A stretch of 64,000 nt of DNA from Geosiphon pyriformis uo1 (GCA_016748015.1 JAAOMT010000512.1:716719-780718), one strand, 5' to 3'. Numbered from the stretch's first letter, positions 24,850-38,844 are shown. The notes: generated by a model from the letters alone, not told the origin. Translations and numbers: made by a program.

Positions 24850-27700
24850 AACTTTTAAAATACTATTATTTTAACAAAAATTTTATTAATAATAAAAAAA
24901 TTCAGATTATTATAAATTATATTATTATTAAAAAAACTATTTATACTATATTTTATTTTAAGATTAATATTATTTTACTGAAATTTTTAATAATTTTTTT
25001 ATTAAAAAAAAAACTTTAATTAACTTTATAATTAAAAACCAATATATTAATAAATTTAATTAACAAAGCCAATTTGGTTAATTTATATTTCAAAAAAATT
25101 AGTTTAAAATTAATTACAAAATTAATAATTATAATAATAGCAAAAAAACCAAAAAATAATAGTCTTAACATAAAATTTTGTATTAATAAAATAAAACTTA
25201 AATATTATTATTTATAGAAAATTAAATTATTAATTAACATAAAAATTTTTTTTATAATTCTTATTATTAATTAATTTATATTATTATTTTAATTTATTAA
25301 TTATTATTTAATTAATAACTTAATTTATATACAAATATAATTAAATATAATAATTAAATTATATAATATTTAAAAATTTGCCAAAATATTCAAAATATTT
25401 TATAATTTATAAAGATAATTTGTAATTTTTTAAAATGTATTTTTAGTTTGTTAAAATATTAAAAAAAATACAAACTTATAGAATAATATTATAATAAATT
25501 ATATAAAAAAACTTTTTTTTTGGAAAAAATATATCTTTTTTAGAAATTATTTTAGTTTAAAATAATTTGTTATTAAATTTAATAATTATTTAGTTAATTC
25601 TAGATTTAATAAAAAATGCTTTTTTTTATATTTCTATTTATTTTGATTTTTTTTTATATTATTAGATAATTTATAGTTATAATTTTTTGTAAAAAAATTA
25701 ACTTTTATAATAAAGTAATTACATATTATTAAGTTTTTCTGTAAAAAAAATTGACTTTTATTGCAAATTTACTGTAAAATAACTACATAAAATAATTAAT
25801 TATTTTATTATAAGCTTAATAACATAAATAGTTCAAAGTATAAAAAACTATTTTAAAAATAAATTAATTTATAAAAGATTTAATTATTTTTATTAACAAT
25901 AAAATAAAAGCAAAACAACATTAATAATATTAAAAAAAAAATTAAAACTTTTAATAATAATATCTTAAAATTAATTATAAACAAAAACTTTAAAAAAAAA
26001 AGTAAAAATATTTTGTAATTAAAAACCAAATAATTTAAATTTTACACTTAAAATAATACTAATATTTAGAAATTTTTTATTAAATACAATTTTTTTTAGT
26101 ATATTAATTTTAATAATAATAATATTTATATTAGTTTTTGACTAAAATTTACAATTATATATTTTAAATATTAATAGAATTTAATAATATAAAAAATAAA
26201 CCAAATTTAATTATCTATTTAAAAAACTAATAAATTAATTTTAAAAGCTATATAATTAAAAAAATTAATAAATTTGGTCTTAAAAATAATATATGTTTTT
26301 TTTTAATTAAACACAAAAAAAATTTAATAAAATTTTTTTATTAAAACTAATTAATAAGCAAAAACAGTTATAACAACAATATTAAATTTAAATTATATTG
26401 CTAAATATTTAATTTAATAATAAAAATTTTACCAAAAACATTAAAAATATTTTTAATATTATTAATTAAGACATTTTTAAAAATATTTTGCAAAGTAATA
26501 ATAGTAAAAAAAAGTAGAAACTTAAATATTACCAAATTTTTAACAATTTTAAAATTAAATAAAAAAAGTAATTTAATAAATTTAATTTATATAACAGTAT
26601 TTAAAATATTTCAAAACAGAAATTTTATATAAAAAAGCTTAATATTGCTTTTAATAATTAATTTTAAATTAAAAAATTTATAAAATAAACTATTTTGGTT
26701 TTTGTAATTTTATTAAATATTAAAATAAAAGTTATTTATTTAAAAAATCTTAAACACTATTAAAAATAATATTTTTTTTAAAAAAATACTTTGGTTTTTA
26801 TTTAATCAGTTTAATTTATAAAGTTATATAGCTTAATAAGTTAATTACTTAAAATATACATAAAAAAATTAATTGTTTTATTTTAAAATTAATTTAAACC
26901 AAAATAGTCAATATATTTTTGTTATTATTGTTTAAAATAAACAATTAATTATTAATAATAATTCTAATAAAATTAAGTATTATAATTAGTATTAATGCTA
27001 TAAAATTAATAAAAAAGACAGAAAAAACCAAAACTTTATTTTTTATAAAAAAATTGGCCAAAAAAATTATTATTAAATATAACAAAAATTTAAAAAAATT
27101 GTTTTTTAATTAATTTGGTTTTTTAGTTATTTAAACTGCAATAAAAAAAATAAAAAAAAAATAACTTAATTATTAGCTTTTTATTAAATATTTTGAAATT
27201 TTTAAAAAAGACAAAATTTATATTAGAATTGTTTTAAGTAAATTTTTTTAAAAAAAATTTTCTAATTAAAGATAAAAATAGTGCTTTAAAACTAATAAAA
27301 ATTTAATTTTATTAAAAAATATTTTTTACAAAATATTATTAAGCAATTTTAATAATTATAAGTATTTATTAATAAAAATACTATTAATTAATTTAAAAAA
27401 TAAAAAATTTTTAACTTTGTTTAATTGTGAATATAAAGTTTTTTTTCAATTTTTAAATACTTAAAATTTTAATTAATTAATTTAAAAACTTAAGTCTAAA
27501 ATATAAGTTAATAAAGTTATAAACATGTTAATTTTTTTCAAGTAAAAATAACAGATTTTCTAAAATCATAAAATAATAAATTAAAAAAAATAATATCTTT
27601 AACATAGTTTAATCAATAAATAATTTCTTACCAATTCAGTTTTTTAATCACAATAGCTTGAAATTTGTCCTAAACAAGTTTTTCTGTTGTTGGTTTAAAA
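24850..27700. repeat. Extremely AT-rich terminally decayed repeat relic
   Basis: Almost no C/G except CCAA/TTGG, AACC/GGTT and AGCT remnants; no ORFs. Confidence 0.55.
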
Positions 27701-28134
27701 AATTCTTAAAAAAAAGCATTCCCATAAAATATTTACATAACCAATTAAGTTGATTAAAAAATAAATCTGAGGATGATTGTCACTAGACTTATATGGGTTA
27801 TGATATAAAACATCAAGATTTTTACCTCGAAAAACTTTGAGCCTCCAAATTAAATATTATATTCGAAGATCGTATTAGAATGAGCCTAAACTTTAATGTT
27901 CAAATTAGAATGAAGGGTTTAAAAAATGCTTCTATTACAAAGAAAAAGTCGCTCAAAATTAAAAAGATTAATAAGCCGTTCCCAAATATATGCGAATGTT
28001 GCCCTCAAACCTTTGGCAATCTAATATGCCATAATTATAATCTATTTTTATGACAAAATCTGGGACAATATCCCAATAAGGTGAATCGCAAAAAGCTACT
28101 TTGTGCCCAATTGCCACATCCTTTAAATGATTAA

Positions 28135-29784
28135 TTAAACTTTTTGCAGCTTTTCACTTCCATATTCCACAAACTTTTGAGATAAAAATAAGTTAGCAAG
28201 AAAATTAATATACCTTCAAAAAATTCGAATAGTAAATACCTCGTCAATTAGAACCGGCCAAGCTCCTACCAAGTATGGGGAAGCATTAGATTAAATTCGA
28301 AAAATTCGAAAAATTTTAACGATTTTTTTTACCTTCAGCATCATAATTTGAAAGCTGCGGATTGACTTGCTGAATAAAATCTAGTAACTAATTTATAATA
28401 AAAATGGGATAGAATTTTCTAAAGTTTTATGCTCAATGAGAATGGAATAAAAATGAAGTTGGATGACATACGAGATTCCATGTGTCCTTCGAGATCGACT
28501 TGCCATGCTTTTCCTAAACAAACAGGTTATCCGGATAAAATATATGGCAAAATTTAAATAGATGAAAATTTTGCTTATTTTCTAACCTTAATAAATTCTA
28601 CCCATATATCAAGATGCTGCCAACGGTCACGCAGCAAGAGCTGCCAATATTCAATAGCAATGTCCAAATCTGGAAAAAAGCTAATGGTGAGCTGCCATTA
28701 TGTATCAAATGAAATATCAAACTTTGAAAGTAGGTTCATACTCAAAGATTTCTGATTGTCACCAAGGCCAAATTTGAATGTGAATTGGTAAATTTCTCGG
28801 AACGTCGCCTCATCCCTCAAGGATTGTCTAAGCCTTGGTATGGCAGCACGCATCTTCTCAATGGAATCACACCTAGTTTAAAGTAAGATATTTTAAAATT
28901 TTTGGACAGGAGATTATAATAACCATGCAAAGTTTTAACTTACTTTAGTTTTGTCCAGCCATTAATAAACCCTTGGCGTTTAAATTCACACATCTTTTCA
29001 CATTCAAGGTTCCAAGCGATAACTAACATTACAATGTCTTCCGGAGCAACTTGTAGATCATTACAGTATTGAAGAATTCCATCGACAAGAATTGCATCTT
29101 CATCTTTGTCTAATATCTCCGAAAGCAACGAGTATAGCAGGATGAGAATAAGCCTCCATCGCGAAAATCAACAATTTTCAGCCTAAATATTGACTTCAAA
29201 TCCCCTCTAGTTATTCTAATACTCTTTTTGTTTGCCAATAGGATCCAAGACCCCTCAAGAGGGAATGAGCCGAGTTTTCTCATAAAAGCCATAGGCTTTT
29301 TAAACTCTACCTTTATATCTCTGAAAAAGCTGAGTCAGTTTATTAACATCGACACCTTGCGCAAGGGGCGACGAAGTGAACCTATTCCAAGTAGTAGTAG
29401 TATTAGTAGTAGTAGTAGTAGTAGGCGTCTGATCGTTGTAGAAAGCGTCAACAGCAACTTCCACGTTCCAATTACAGTCTTTAAGTTTACGTATGGCTAT
29501 TTTTTCACTATGCGAATAGAATCATGGTTTTGTTAGACTTTGGGTTTATAAGCTACCTATGAATAACCCAACCCAGACTAATTTAGCTAGCAGTTATAGG
29601 GGCTTTTCGCACTTCCCTATTGGCTCTTGGCCTCACTTGCACTACCTGGCACTGGTGAAAGTCATAAACTGCCGCACCTTGTCTTTCTGAACGGATTTGA
29701 GCGAATTCTAAAATAAGTGGAAAAGAAAAAGTTCAAGAGATGCAAGTTTCTAAAATGAGAATCGAATTTGCAAACGTTTACCAT
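28135..29784 (-). CDS. DCN1: DCN1-like NEDD8 E3 / defective in cullin neddylation protein, 10 exons
   Basis: Exons 29782-29784, 29646-29707, 29311-29507, 28944-29109, 28742-28872, 28587-28669, 28472-28513, 28333-28387, 28240-28265, 28135-28173 with GT-AG introns. UBA-like MNSLKSVQKDKVRQFMTFT...WNVEVAVDAFY and PONY-domain ISKDTWNLLLDF...YDAEGAWPVLIDEFVEY. Confidence 0.96.
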
Positions 29785-30349
29785 TGTGGAAAATATGAAC
29801 AGTCCGAATAAAGCTGCGAGATTTCTCCAACAGCTGGTATTTATTTACTTTGCAACCTAACAGTGACGGGTAAGCCTCATGGGCGCAGAACTGCATATCA
29901 GTTATGACTATCTCTTGCCCGTTTCGTTTAGGCTTAAATCATTGGAACATAATAAATTGCAAGAAAGGGTTTATCTAGTCTTTGAATTATTGATGATGGT
30001 AACAGATTATATTAGATGAAGAAAATTATCCTTTCGATTTTCGCTTGTCATCGGCTGCTTTTCGTCGTTTAACGAATTCCCTTAATTCGTAGATTTAAAG
30101 GTCTATATTCTAAAATGCTGAAAACTCAGTCCGGCTCGTACCATTACCTAAACTTTCGTAAATTAGATTCATTACATAAACCCTAAGATTGCCATATAAA
30201 CTTCACACTTAAAAAAGCAAATGTTTTTTCTATTGTAGAATTGCACCTTTCAGTTCCAGCGTATGTAATTATTTCAATGAAAAGATTGGCTTAAGCTAAA
30301 CCTTTTCATATATATAATTAATCATAGCTTGTGTCGTTATTTTCAAATC

Positions 30350-30973
30350 ATTAATTTATTTATTTAGGATGTCCAATGATCAGTTATATTTTATTGAATG
30401 TTTAATATATATAAATTAATAATAAAAGCTGGATTTTATTTTTTAAATGTTTTTGTAGAATTATGTAGCTTTGGATATATATGAAATGGTTGAACCACAC
30501 TTTGTAAAAAGCATTAAAATGTTTTAGTTATATCATTATTTTTTAATTATTTTTTTTCAATTATATTATTATTATTATTTTAAATTTTATTGCTTTTATT
30601 TTTTTGTTTATATTATTATTATTATTTTTATTATATTATATTACAATTTATTTTATTTTTTTATTAATAATATATTTATTTTAATTAATACCAGTTATTA
30701 TTTTTCAATTTTATTTATTTTTATTTTTAATTAAAACCAATTCTAATGCAATTGTTATAAAAAATTCAAGAATTTTTAACAGCAAACTGGTAACAAAACT
30801 ATTATTTTTTACAGCAATTATTATTATAACTTAAATAACTAAAAATATCAAAAAAGCAAAAAAAATGTTTTTAATTACTACTTTTAATTTTAAGTTTGGT
30901 TTTTTTTGGTTTTTTAATATTTTTATCAGTTTTATAACAATTATATTAATTATAATATTTTAAACAATAATTT

Positions 30974-31012
<39 letters not shown>

Positions 31013-32380
31013 TATTTATTAAATTAGTTTTAATTAATACATAATTAAATTTTTTAATACATTAAATTCTAATTAATTTTTGTTGGTTCTGAAAATAAAA
31101 TAAATTATAGTTTTATATATAATTTTAACCAATTAATTAATTTATTAAATTATCTGGTTTTAAAAATTGGGCTAATAAAATAAAAACTAAAATACTTTTT
31201 TTTTGTTTTTTAAGAATGTTATTAATTATAAATTATCAAAAATTTTAAATAAGTGGTTTTTACTTAAATATTTAATAAAACTGTTAAAATTATGTTAATT
31301 TTTATAAAAATTGTATTTTAGTTTTTATATATATTTATTATTTAAAATTAATTATAAAAAACAATATTGAATTTTTTTGTATAAAATTTGTATTTTGAGT
31401 TTTTTAAATATTATTATTAAAAATTAAACTTACAGAATTTTTTTATTACTTTTAAGAATATAAAGTTTTTTGTAATTATTATTTTTGTTATAATTTTGTA
31501 TAATATTTTTTTAATAAAATCAATATTAAGCTAAAGTTTGTTGGTTTATTACAATATATTATTGTATATCTTAATTTTTTTAAATTTATTAAAGCTGTTT
31601 TTGCTTGCTAATTAATTTTAGTAATAGTAAAAAATAATATTAAACTTTTTTTATTAATTAAAAAAATTATTGTTTTTAAAATATATTTAGTTTTTAGAAT
31701 TAATAATTTGGTTTTTTAAATTAGTAATCAAATTTGGGGTTTCTAATATTAATTATTGTAAAAATTAATTTTTAATAAATTTAATTATTATTTTTGTATT
31801 TGTTTAAATAAATTTAATTATAAATATAAATATATATTTTATATAATTAAACATTTAAATTAAACATATATCTAAATTGGTTACTTATTTGCTTAAAAGC
31901 TTTAACCAATTTAAAAATTAGAAAAAGACTTATTTTATAAACATTAAAATTTTGAAAATTTGTTTACAGCTACAATTGGTTGTGAAAAACTTTATAATAT
32001 ATGATATATAACTAAAAAAAATAATGTTTTATAAAAAACGAATAAATAAATGCATAAACATATTCATAATAACAAAAATTTACAGATTATTTTAATAGAA
32101 TAAAATATTAAATGCTTTTAATTTAAAAAATATTTATTTATTTATTAATATAGATCTAAATAGGTGGTTATATGTTAAAAATACATTATTTATGTTTATA
32201 TTTATAATATTTTGTAAAAACCAAAATAGATATTGGAAAAATCACACTTTGTTAAAGCAATAAAAAAAACAATTAAAAATAAAGAAAAAATGTTTGTTTA
32301 TAAAAATTAAATGATTAAATTTTATCAATTTATTTATGTTACTTGTTGGATATTATTTTTGCTTACATTATCAAAGTATA
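30350..32380. repeat. Extremely AT-rich decayed repeat relic, includes (AAT)n at ~30975-31012
   Basis: Composition and sharp boundaries with CpG-containing gene flanks. Confidence 0.5.
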
Positions 32381-32675
32381 ATAATTCAAGTATTTATATA
32401 AACCTATAAAACGCAATTTTTATTGGTTTTTGATGAAATATATTTAGATTTTGGATGTACAAAACCACCAAGAGATATGCAAAATTTGTCTCAAAAACTG
32501 TACAAAAATGTGAGCGGGGATTTTCGTACAAGGATAAGTAAATTGATGACAGTTTGTCTATCGTAAGTCTCAAGGGGTAGTATATATCCATCTGCATGTG
32601 ATCGTAGATCTGCCTCGAAATTCTTAGGTTTATATCATTTTTTTAGAGTCTTGCCCAACCTTTAAAATCTTGAAA

Positions 32676-33220
32676 ATGTCTAAATTCCTCAAGGTTGATG
32701 GCATTCTGCCTGTAGTTCATGCTGAGATTCGCGCAGAAGAAATCGAGTCCAAGAACAAAGCCTCCGCTCCAAAACCAGAAGAGCCAGAAGAACCAGAGGA
32801 GCCAGTAGATCCAAAACCCCAAATCGATGAAGGCAAGTGGAAATTGCCTTTAAAACTGCGTTATTTGTGATTACAATCGGTAGCTCATTATCATGGATTT
32901 TTGTTCAGAGTGTGGCGAAACTTTAAAGTGTAAACCTTTGAAGGCACATTATGAGGAATGCACTCGCCGCGTAGAAGAAGGCTCAAATGAAAATTGTAAG
33001 ATTTATTCTCCAAGTCAACTAAGTCATGTCATATTTTAAACCAATTGAATTCAAAATTTAGGTTCTGAAGAGCTGTACCACTTTTTGCATTGTGTTGACA
33101 GTTGTGTGAGTATTCATAAATTTCGAGAAAGAAAGTTATGATAATTTGTTTATAATTTAACCAACTTTTGCTAAATTTATTCTTAAGACTGCGCCGAAAA
33201 TTTTTGCTCAACTCAAATAA
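32676..33220 (+). CDS. QCR6: Cytochrome b-c1 complex subunit 6 (hinge protein), 4 exons
   Basis: Exons 32676-32832, 32909-32995, 33062-33105, 33188-33220: acidic N-terminus, DPKPQIDEECGETLKCKPLKAHYEECTRRV...ENCSEELYHFLHCVDSCTAPKIFAQLK; first intron is GC-AG. Confidence 0.95.
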
Positions 33221-34348
33221 AATGACTTTAATTCTCGAAATCCTTATTGCTACAGCCCTTGATGCCATTCATGAAGTTTGACAATAATAATAATTATTCA
33301 AATTTGCATCTTGAAGACTGCTGAGATGCTGGAGGGATAAAGAAGAAATTCCATAATATCTAAACTTCAATTGAGGTTTGCAATAAAGAATTATTCCCAC
33401 TCCTTTGCTTGTGTTAAGAAGATACGGAAAAGCTAGTAATGAGTCTTTGATAAGAATAGAATATTGAAAAAATTTAACCATCTGCGGGGGGGGGGCTTCA
33501 GTTAAAATCTGCATTGCACGAAACCTATCATTATTTAACCATCGCCTATTAATAAAAGCTTGCATGACCACATTTTGTGGTAGGTTATTATTTGGTTGTT
33601 TGCTTCGATTTAAAAGTGTAAAGTTCACGTAGATTGGTATGGCCTGATTGTCGTCATTCTAAGGTATTAATCCATGTCCTGAAATTTTGAATCCCAAACT
33701 TCCTGAAGTCATAGACTGGGCATCTGACTTCAACTACTGTTTTCCAAAAAAGCTCCAGAATTAGAAGTTTTTATTATAGAGATTAATAATCTCAAAAAGG
33801 CTCTAATTATTTTGTAAACTCGATGGCAAAACGTTTTAGCCCTTTTTGGTCGTCATATTAAAAAGCTTCTATTGTGTTTAATGTCCAATAAATCCAACGG
33901 CAGAGAAAGACGGAAATGAATATTAGGAGTAATAACTGTGAAATTGCCTGATCACAAAAATGATTTTTAGCCTTGCACAAAAGGTGTAAATCCAAATAGT
34001 AATATCGATCAAAATCACAGGGATATCCTACTACTACCATAACTAGAAAAGAGACCTAGGACAAACGTCGACTCGACGAAAAGTTGTTCAAGCAGGCCTT
34101 TCAAAAAAAGTATATGATTGGCATTCTCGATCAGTCAAATAACCCATATCTGTAAAGACTGTTAGTAGGGGAACTGATCCTTAACGTAATTATAGTTGGT
34201 CTCAAAATAGAAATCTTGAATCCTTTTTTCCCAAGATCATGAGATTAAGATTCAAAATCTGGCGATCTATTGAATAATAATAAATTATCGTGATGGGGAT
34301 TTCTTGTTAGTAAACGATAAGATTTTTCCCCATTTCAACTTTCCCAAA

Positions 34349-35031
34349 ATGCTACCAATATACATTGGAAAAAATATTTGGATTGCAGCAGGTATTCAAA
34401 CTATATTCTGAAAAGATGGTTAACAAGAACAAAACTCATTCTGAAGTAAACATATTTTTTCATTAGGCGATGGTGATTTAGAACGCGTACAGGTCAGACT
34501 GAATTAAAAATGTTGATCTAATGTGACAAAATATATTCTGATTCTTGTAATACTTATTTCGGTTTATAGGAGCTTTTGACCGAAGGCATCTCTCCAAATG
34601 CACAAGATGAAAACGGTTACACTCCATTGGCGGCCGCCGTTTCATATAAACACTACACCATTATTGAATTGTTGATCTCACATGGGGCTGATGTGAATAT
34701 TCGTGACTTTGAAGGTGATACACCCTTACACGTAGCAGAAACAGTCGAAATTGCTGAGTTACTTTTGGATCATGGTGCAGACCCGTTTATCACAAACTTT
34801 GAGGGGAAAACGGTAAAGCTATAAAGGAATTTTTTCAATAAATATTTCGTAAAGCATTCATCAGTAATAATAAACTTTTTGTATAAGCCAGCACAAGTAG
34901 CTTTTCAAGAAGACTGCCCTGAAGTCGCTTGTTTGTTAAGATCCAAGACAGGAGAACCAGAACCAGAACCAGAGTCAGAACGGACTCTAAAAAACTCTGA
35001 AGATGAGGAACTGAATGGCATTGACGAGTAG
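34349..35031 (+). CDS. Small ankyrin-repeat protein, YCR051W-like (copy 1), 4 exons
   Basis: Exons 34349-34391, 34467-34492, 34570-34812, 34888-35031: NIWIAAGDGDLERVQELL...DENGYTPLAAA...GDTPLHVAE...GKTPAQVA, acidic tail. Confidence 0.9.
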
Positions 35032-35251
35032 TGTAGAATAGCTTTTAAATCTTTGGAAGAATTTGTTGATTGGAGCAATTGGTAGATCATTTCTATATGT
35101 CACCAGATCTTTTTGGTCTCTAATACTTTGAGATTAATATAGTATAAAGCAAGCGAATTCCATCTTGATAACTCCGTCTCTGCATACAAATATTGATTAA
35201 TATTCAGACTTTTACTCTTAATGCGTTAGTTTTCAACACTCGATTCATGGA

Positions 35252-35869
35252 TTAAATAGAAATTTCCTCTGTCCACATTTGACCAATTGGGGGTAATGGA
35301 CCAAATATCTCATCGAACACAACTTCAAAGCTCAATTCAGATGGTTGGTAATTGTTGAATGAATAGCATTCTGAATTCATAAAAAAAGTATTTAGCATGC
35401 GTTAGATTAAAGGATTTACCATGTCACTTACCAGCTTCAGGAATAATAAAATGATCGATTGATTTTGTATCGACCTCATCGATTTCTGGCATTGGATGCT
35501 CTATCGGTGTTATATTCGCGAATTCATATGCATCAGAACTGGGACCATGTCGGAAAATATCGACATCGACGTTAAGATCTTCACTTGGCTCAAAGGGGAG
35601 TTCTAGATGGTAATAAAATATTTCACTATGGGATAAAAAAAGTCTGTTAGACTACTTTAATTACCTTCATGATGAGGACAATATTCGATATCAGGCACAT
35701 CATCTGCTTGCTGTTTAAGCTTGTAATCTTTTAATTTACTTTCAACTTCTTTTAATTTAACCCCGTAGTCTTTCTCTTTATCGTTTGAGGATGTATTTTG
35801 TTTGCTAGTTTCACGAATGACACCTGGAAATGCTGATTCATTGATTTTTTGCCTCGAACTTTGTTTTCG
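35252..35869 (-). other. 5'-truncated duplicate of the securin-like gene (ends at N gap)
   Basis: Matches 37656-38273. Confidence 0.85.
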
Positions 35870-36752
35870 NNNNNNNNNNNNNNNNNNNNGGGGGGGGGGC
35901 TTCAGTTAAAATCTGCATTGCACGAAACCTATCATTATTTAACCATCGCCTATTAATAAAAGCTTGCATGACCACATTTTGTGGTAGGTTATTATTTGGT
36001 TGTTTGCTTCGATTTAAAAGTGTAAAGTTCACGTAGATTGGTATGGCCTGATTGTCGTCATTCTAAGGTATTAATCCATGTCCTGAAATTTTGAATCCCA
36101 AACTTCCTGAAGTCATAGACTGGGCATCTGACTTCAACTACTGTTTTCCAAAAAAGCTCCAGAATTAGAAGTTTTTATTATAGAGATTAATAATCTCAAA
36201 AAGGCTCTAATTATTTTGTAAACTCGATGGCAAAACGTTTTAGCCCTTTTTGGTCGTCATATTAAAAAGCTTCTATTGTGTTTAATGTCCAATAAATCCA
36301 ACGGCAGAGAAAGACGGAAATGAATATTAGGAGTAATAACTGTGAAATTGCCTGATCACAAAAATGATTTTTAGCCTTGCACAAAAGGTGTAAATCCAAA
36401 TAGTAATATCGATCAAAATCACAGGGATATCCTACTACTACCATAACTAGAAAAGAGACCTAGGACAAACGTCGACTCGACGAAAAGTTGTTCAAGCAGG
36501 CCTTTCAAAAAAAGTATATGATTGGCATTCTCGATCAGTCAAATAACCCATATCTGTAAAGACTGTTAGTAGGGGAACTGATCCTTAACGTAATTATAGT
36601 TGGTCTCAAAATAGAAATCTTGAATCCTTTTTTCCCAAGATCATGAGATTAAGATTCAAAATCTGGCGATCTATTGAATAATAATAAATTATCGTGATGG
36701 GGATTTCTTGTTAGTAAACGATAAGATTTTTCCCCATTTCAACTTTCCCAAA

Positions 36753-37435
36753 ATGCTACCAATATACATTGGAAAAAATATTTGGATTGCAGCAGGTATT
36801 CAAACTATATTCTGAAAAGATGGTTAACAAGAACAAAACTCATTCTGAAGTAAACATATTTTTTCATTAGGCGATGGTGATTTAGAACGCGTACAGGTCA
36901 GACTGAATTAAAAATGTTGATCTAATGTGACAAAATATATTCTGATTCTTGTAATACTTATTTCGGTTTATAGGAGCTTTTGACCGAAGGCATCTCTCCA
37001 AATGCACAAGATGAAAACGGTTACACTCCATTGGCGGCCGCCGTTTCATATAAACACTACACCATTATTGAATTGTTGATCTCACATGGGGCTGATGTGA
37101 ATATTCGTGACTTTGAAGGTGATACACCCTTACACGTAGCAGAAACAGTCGAAATTGCTGAGTTACTTTTGGATCATGGTGCAGACCCGTTTATCACAAA
37201 CTTTGAGGGGAAAACGGTAAAGCTATAAAGGAATTTTTTCAATAAATATTTCGTAAAGCATTCATCAGTAATAATAAACTTTTTGTATAAGCCAGCACAA
37301 GTAGCTTTTCAAGAAGACTGCCCTGAAGTCGCTTGTTTGTTAAGATCCAAGACAGGAGAACCAGAACCAGAACCAGAGTCAGAACGGACTCTAAAAAACT
37401 CTGAAGATGAGGAACTGAATGGCATTGACGAGTAG
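36753..37435 (+). CDS. Ankyrin-repeat protein, YCR051W-like (copy 2, probably artefactual)
   Basis: Matches 34349-35031 at offset +2404. Confidence 0.75.
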
Positions 37436-37655
37436 TGTAGAATAGCTTTTAAATCTTTGGAAGAATTTGTTGATTGGAGCAATTGGTAGATCATTTCTAT
37501 ATGTCACCAGATCTTTTTGGTCTCTAATACTTTGAGATTAATATAGTATAAAGCAAGCGAATTCCATCTTGATAACTCCGTCTCTGCATACAAATATTGA
37601 TTAATATTCAGACTTTTACTCTTAATGCGTTAGTTTTCAACACTCGATTCATGGA

Positions 37656-38639
37656 TTAAATAGAAATTTCCTCTGTCCACATTTGACCAATTGGGGGTAA
37701 TGGACCAAATATCTCATCGAACACAACTTCAAAGCTCAATTCAGATGGTTGGTAATTGTTGAATGAATAGCATTCTGAATTCATAAAAAAAGTATTTAGC
37801 ATGCGTTAGATTAAAGGATTTACCATGTCACTTACCAGCTTCAGGAATAATAAAATGATCGATTGATTTTGTATCGACCTCATCGATTTCTGGCATTGGA
37901 TGCTCTATCGGTGTTATATTCGCGAATTCATATGCATCAGAACTGGGACCATGTCGGAAAATATCGACATCGACGTTAAGATCTTCACTTGGCTCAAAGG
38001 GGAGTTCTAGATGGTAATAAAATATTTCACTATGGGATAAAAAAAGTCTGTTAGACTACTTTAATTACCTTCATGATGAGGACAATATTCGATATCAGGC
38101 ACATCATCTGCTTGCTGTTTAAGCTTGTAATCTTTTAATTTACTTTCAACTTCTTTTAATTTAACCCCGTAGTCTTTCTCTTTATCGTTTGAGGATGTAT
38201 TTTGTTTGCTAGTTTCACGAATGACACCTGGAAATGCTGATTCATTGATTTTTTGCCTCGAACTTTGTTTTCGGGTCACGCTTTTAGGTCTTCTCTTAGT
38301 TGAGGGTTCGACTTTTGCTCCAATAGACTCAATGGTCGTAGCCGGCAAGTTAGATTTTACCATTCCCAAAGGGGAATCATTATGAAATTTGGTATTTTGG
38401 TTGTCCAGAAAAGGTGTTTTGTTGGTTTTATCTTTGAAAGCACGCGGAGGCGATTTGACCGTATTATCAAAAAGCCCAGGTGTTTTCTTCAAAGGTGTAC
38501 TGAGAGCGGACTGAAAAGGTGTTTTGGCCGCACGTTTCTGTGTTTTTCCGGTCAGCTTTGGGGTGTTAAAATCTAATATGTCGTTCTCGTCAACTACTAA
38601 CTTGGAAGATAAAGCTTGTGATCGAGTTAAACGTTGCAT
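37656..38639 (-). CDS. Candidate securin (separase inhibitor, Pds1/Cut2-like), 286 aa, 3 exons
   Basis: Exons 38069-38639, 37836-38006, 37656-37774. Basic disordered N-half with TP/SP sites and D-box-like RAFKDKTN; DIEYCPHHEELPFEP resembles the securin separase-binding segment; acidic C-half. Confidence 0.72.
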
Positions 38640-38711
38640 AGTTGTATGTGGCTCAAGCGAGTTAGGTTAAACAGGTGAGAAGGTAATTTTAATAAGAGCT
38701 GAGAAAAATGG

Positions 38712-38844
38712 CATATATATATTCACAAACGCGGTAGTTTACAGCTGTCAAATTAATTTAAGGTTTATGGTCAAGCATCACGTTACGTCATCGATGGCGT
38801 AATTGGACTGCGGGTAGATTAAAGGTTCTATTCTTTGGACGCGT
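38712..38844 (-). promoter_or_regulatory. Putative promoter of securin-like gene: TATA-like tract and MCB-like boxes
   Basis: (TA)n at ~38714-38722, ACGCG at 38729-38733, ACGCGT (MluI cell-cycle box) at 38839-38844. Confidence 0.45.

Larger units (their letters stand above)
33486..38273. repeat. Apparently identical 2384-bp tandem duplication (33486-35869 = 35890-38273) across a 20-N gap; probable unmerged contig overlap
   Basis: Offset exactly 2404; identical ORF translations in both copies; copy 2 starts at a G10 homopolymer next to the Ns (35870-35889). Confidence 0.9.

Noticed and set aside
30027-30092. Coding-looking minus-strand peptide ELREFVKRRKAADDKRKSKG*
   Set aside because: In-frame stop just upstream and no usable splice acceptor.
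33269-33628. 119-aa minus-strand ORF and other short ORFs in intergenic and AT-rich DNA
   Set aside because: No recognisable motifs, non-ATG starts or low-complexity I/L/K/N/F composition; most are shadows of decayed TEs.
35085-35097. GATCATTTCTATA resembling U3 snoRNA box A
   Set aside because: Lies in the ankyrin 3' UTR; no other U3 boxes or structure around it.
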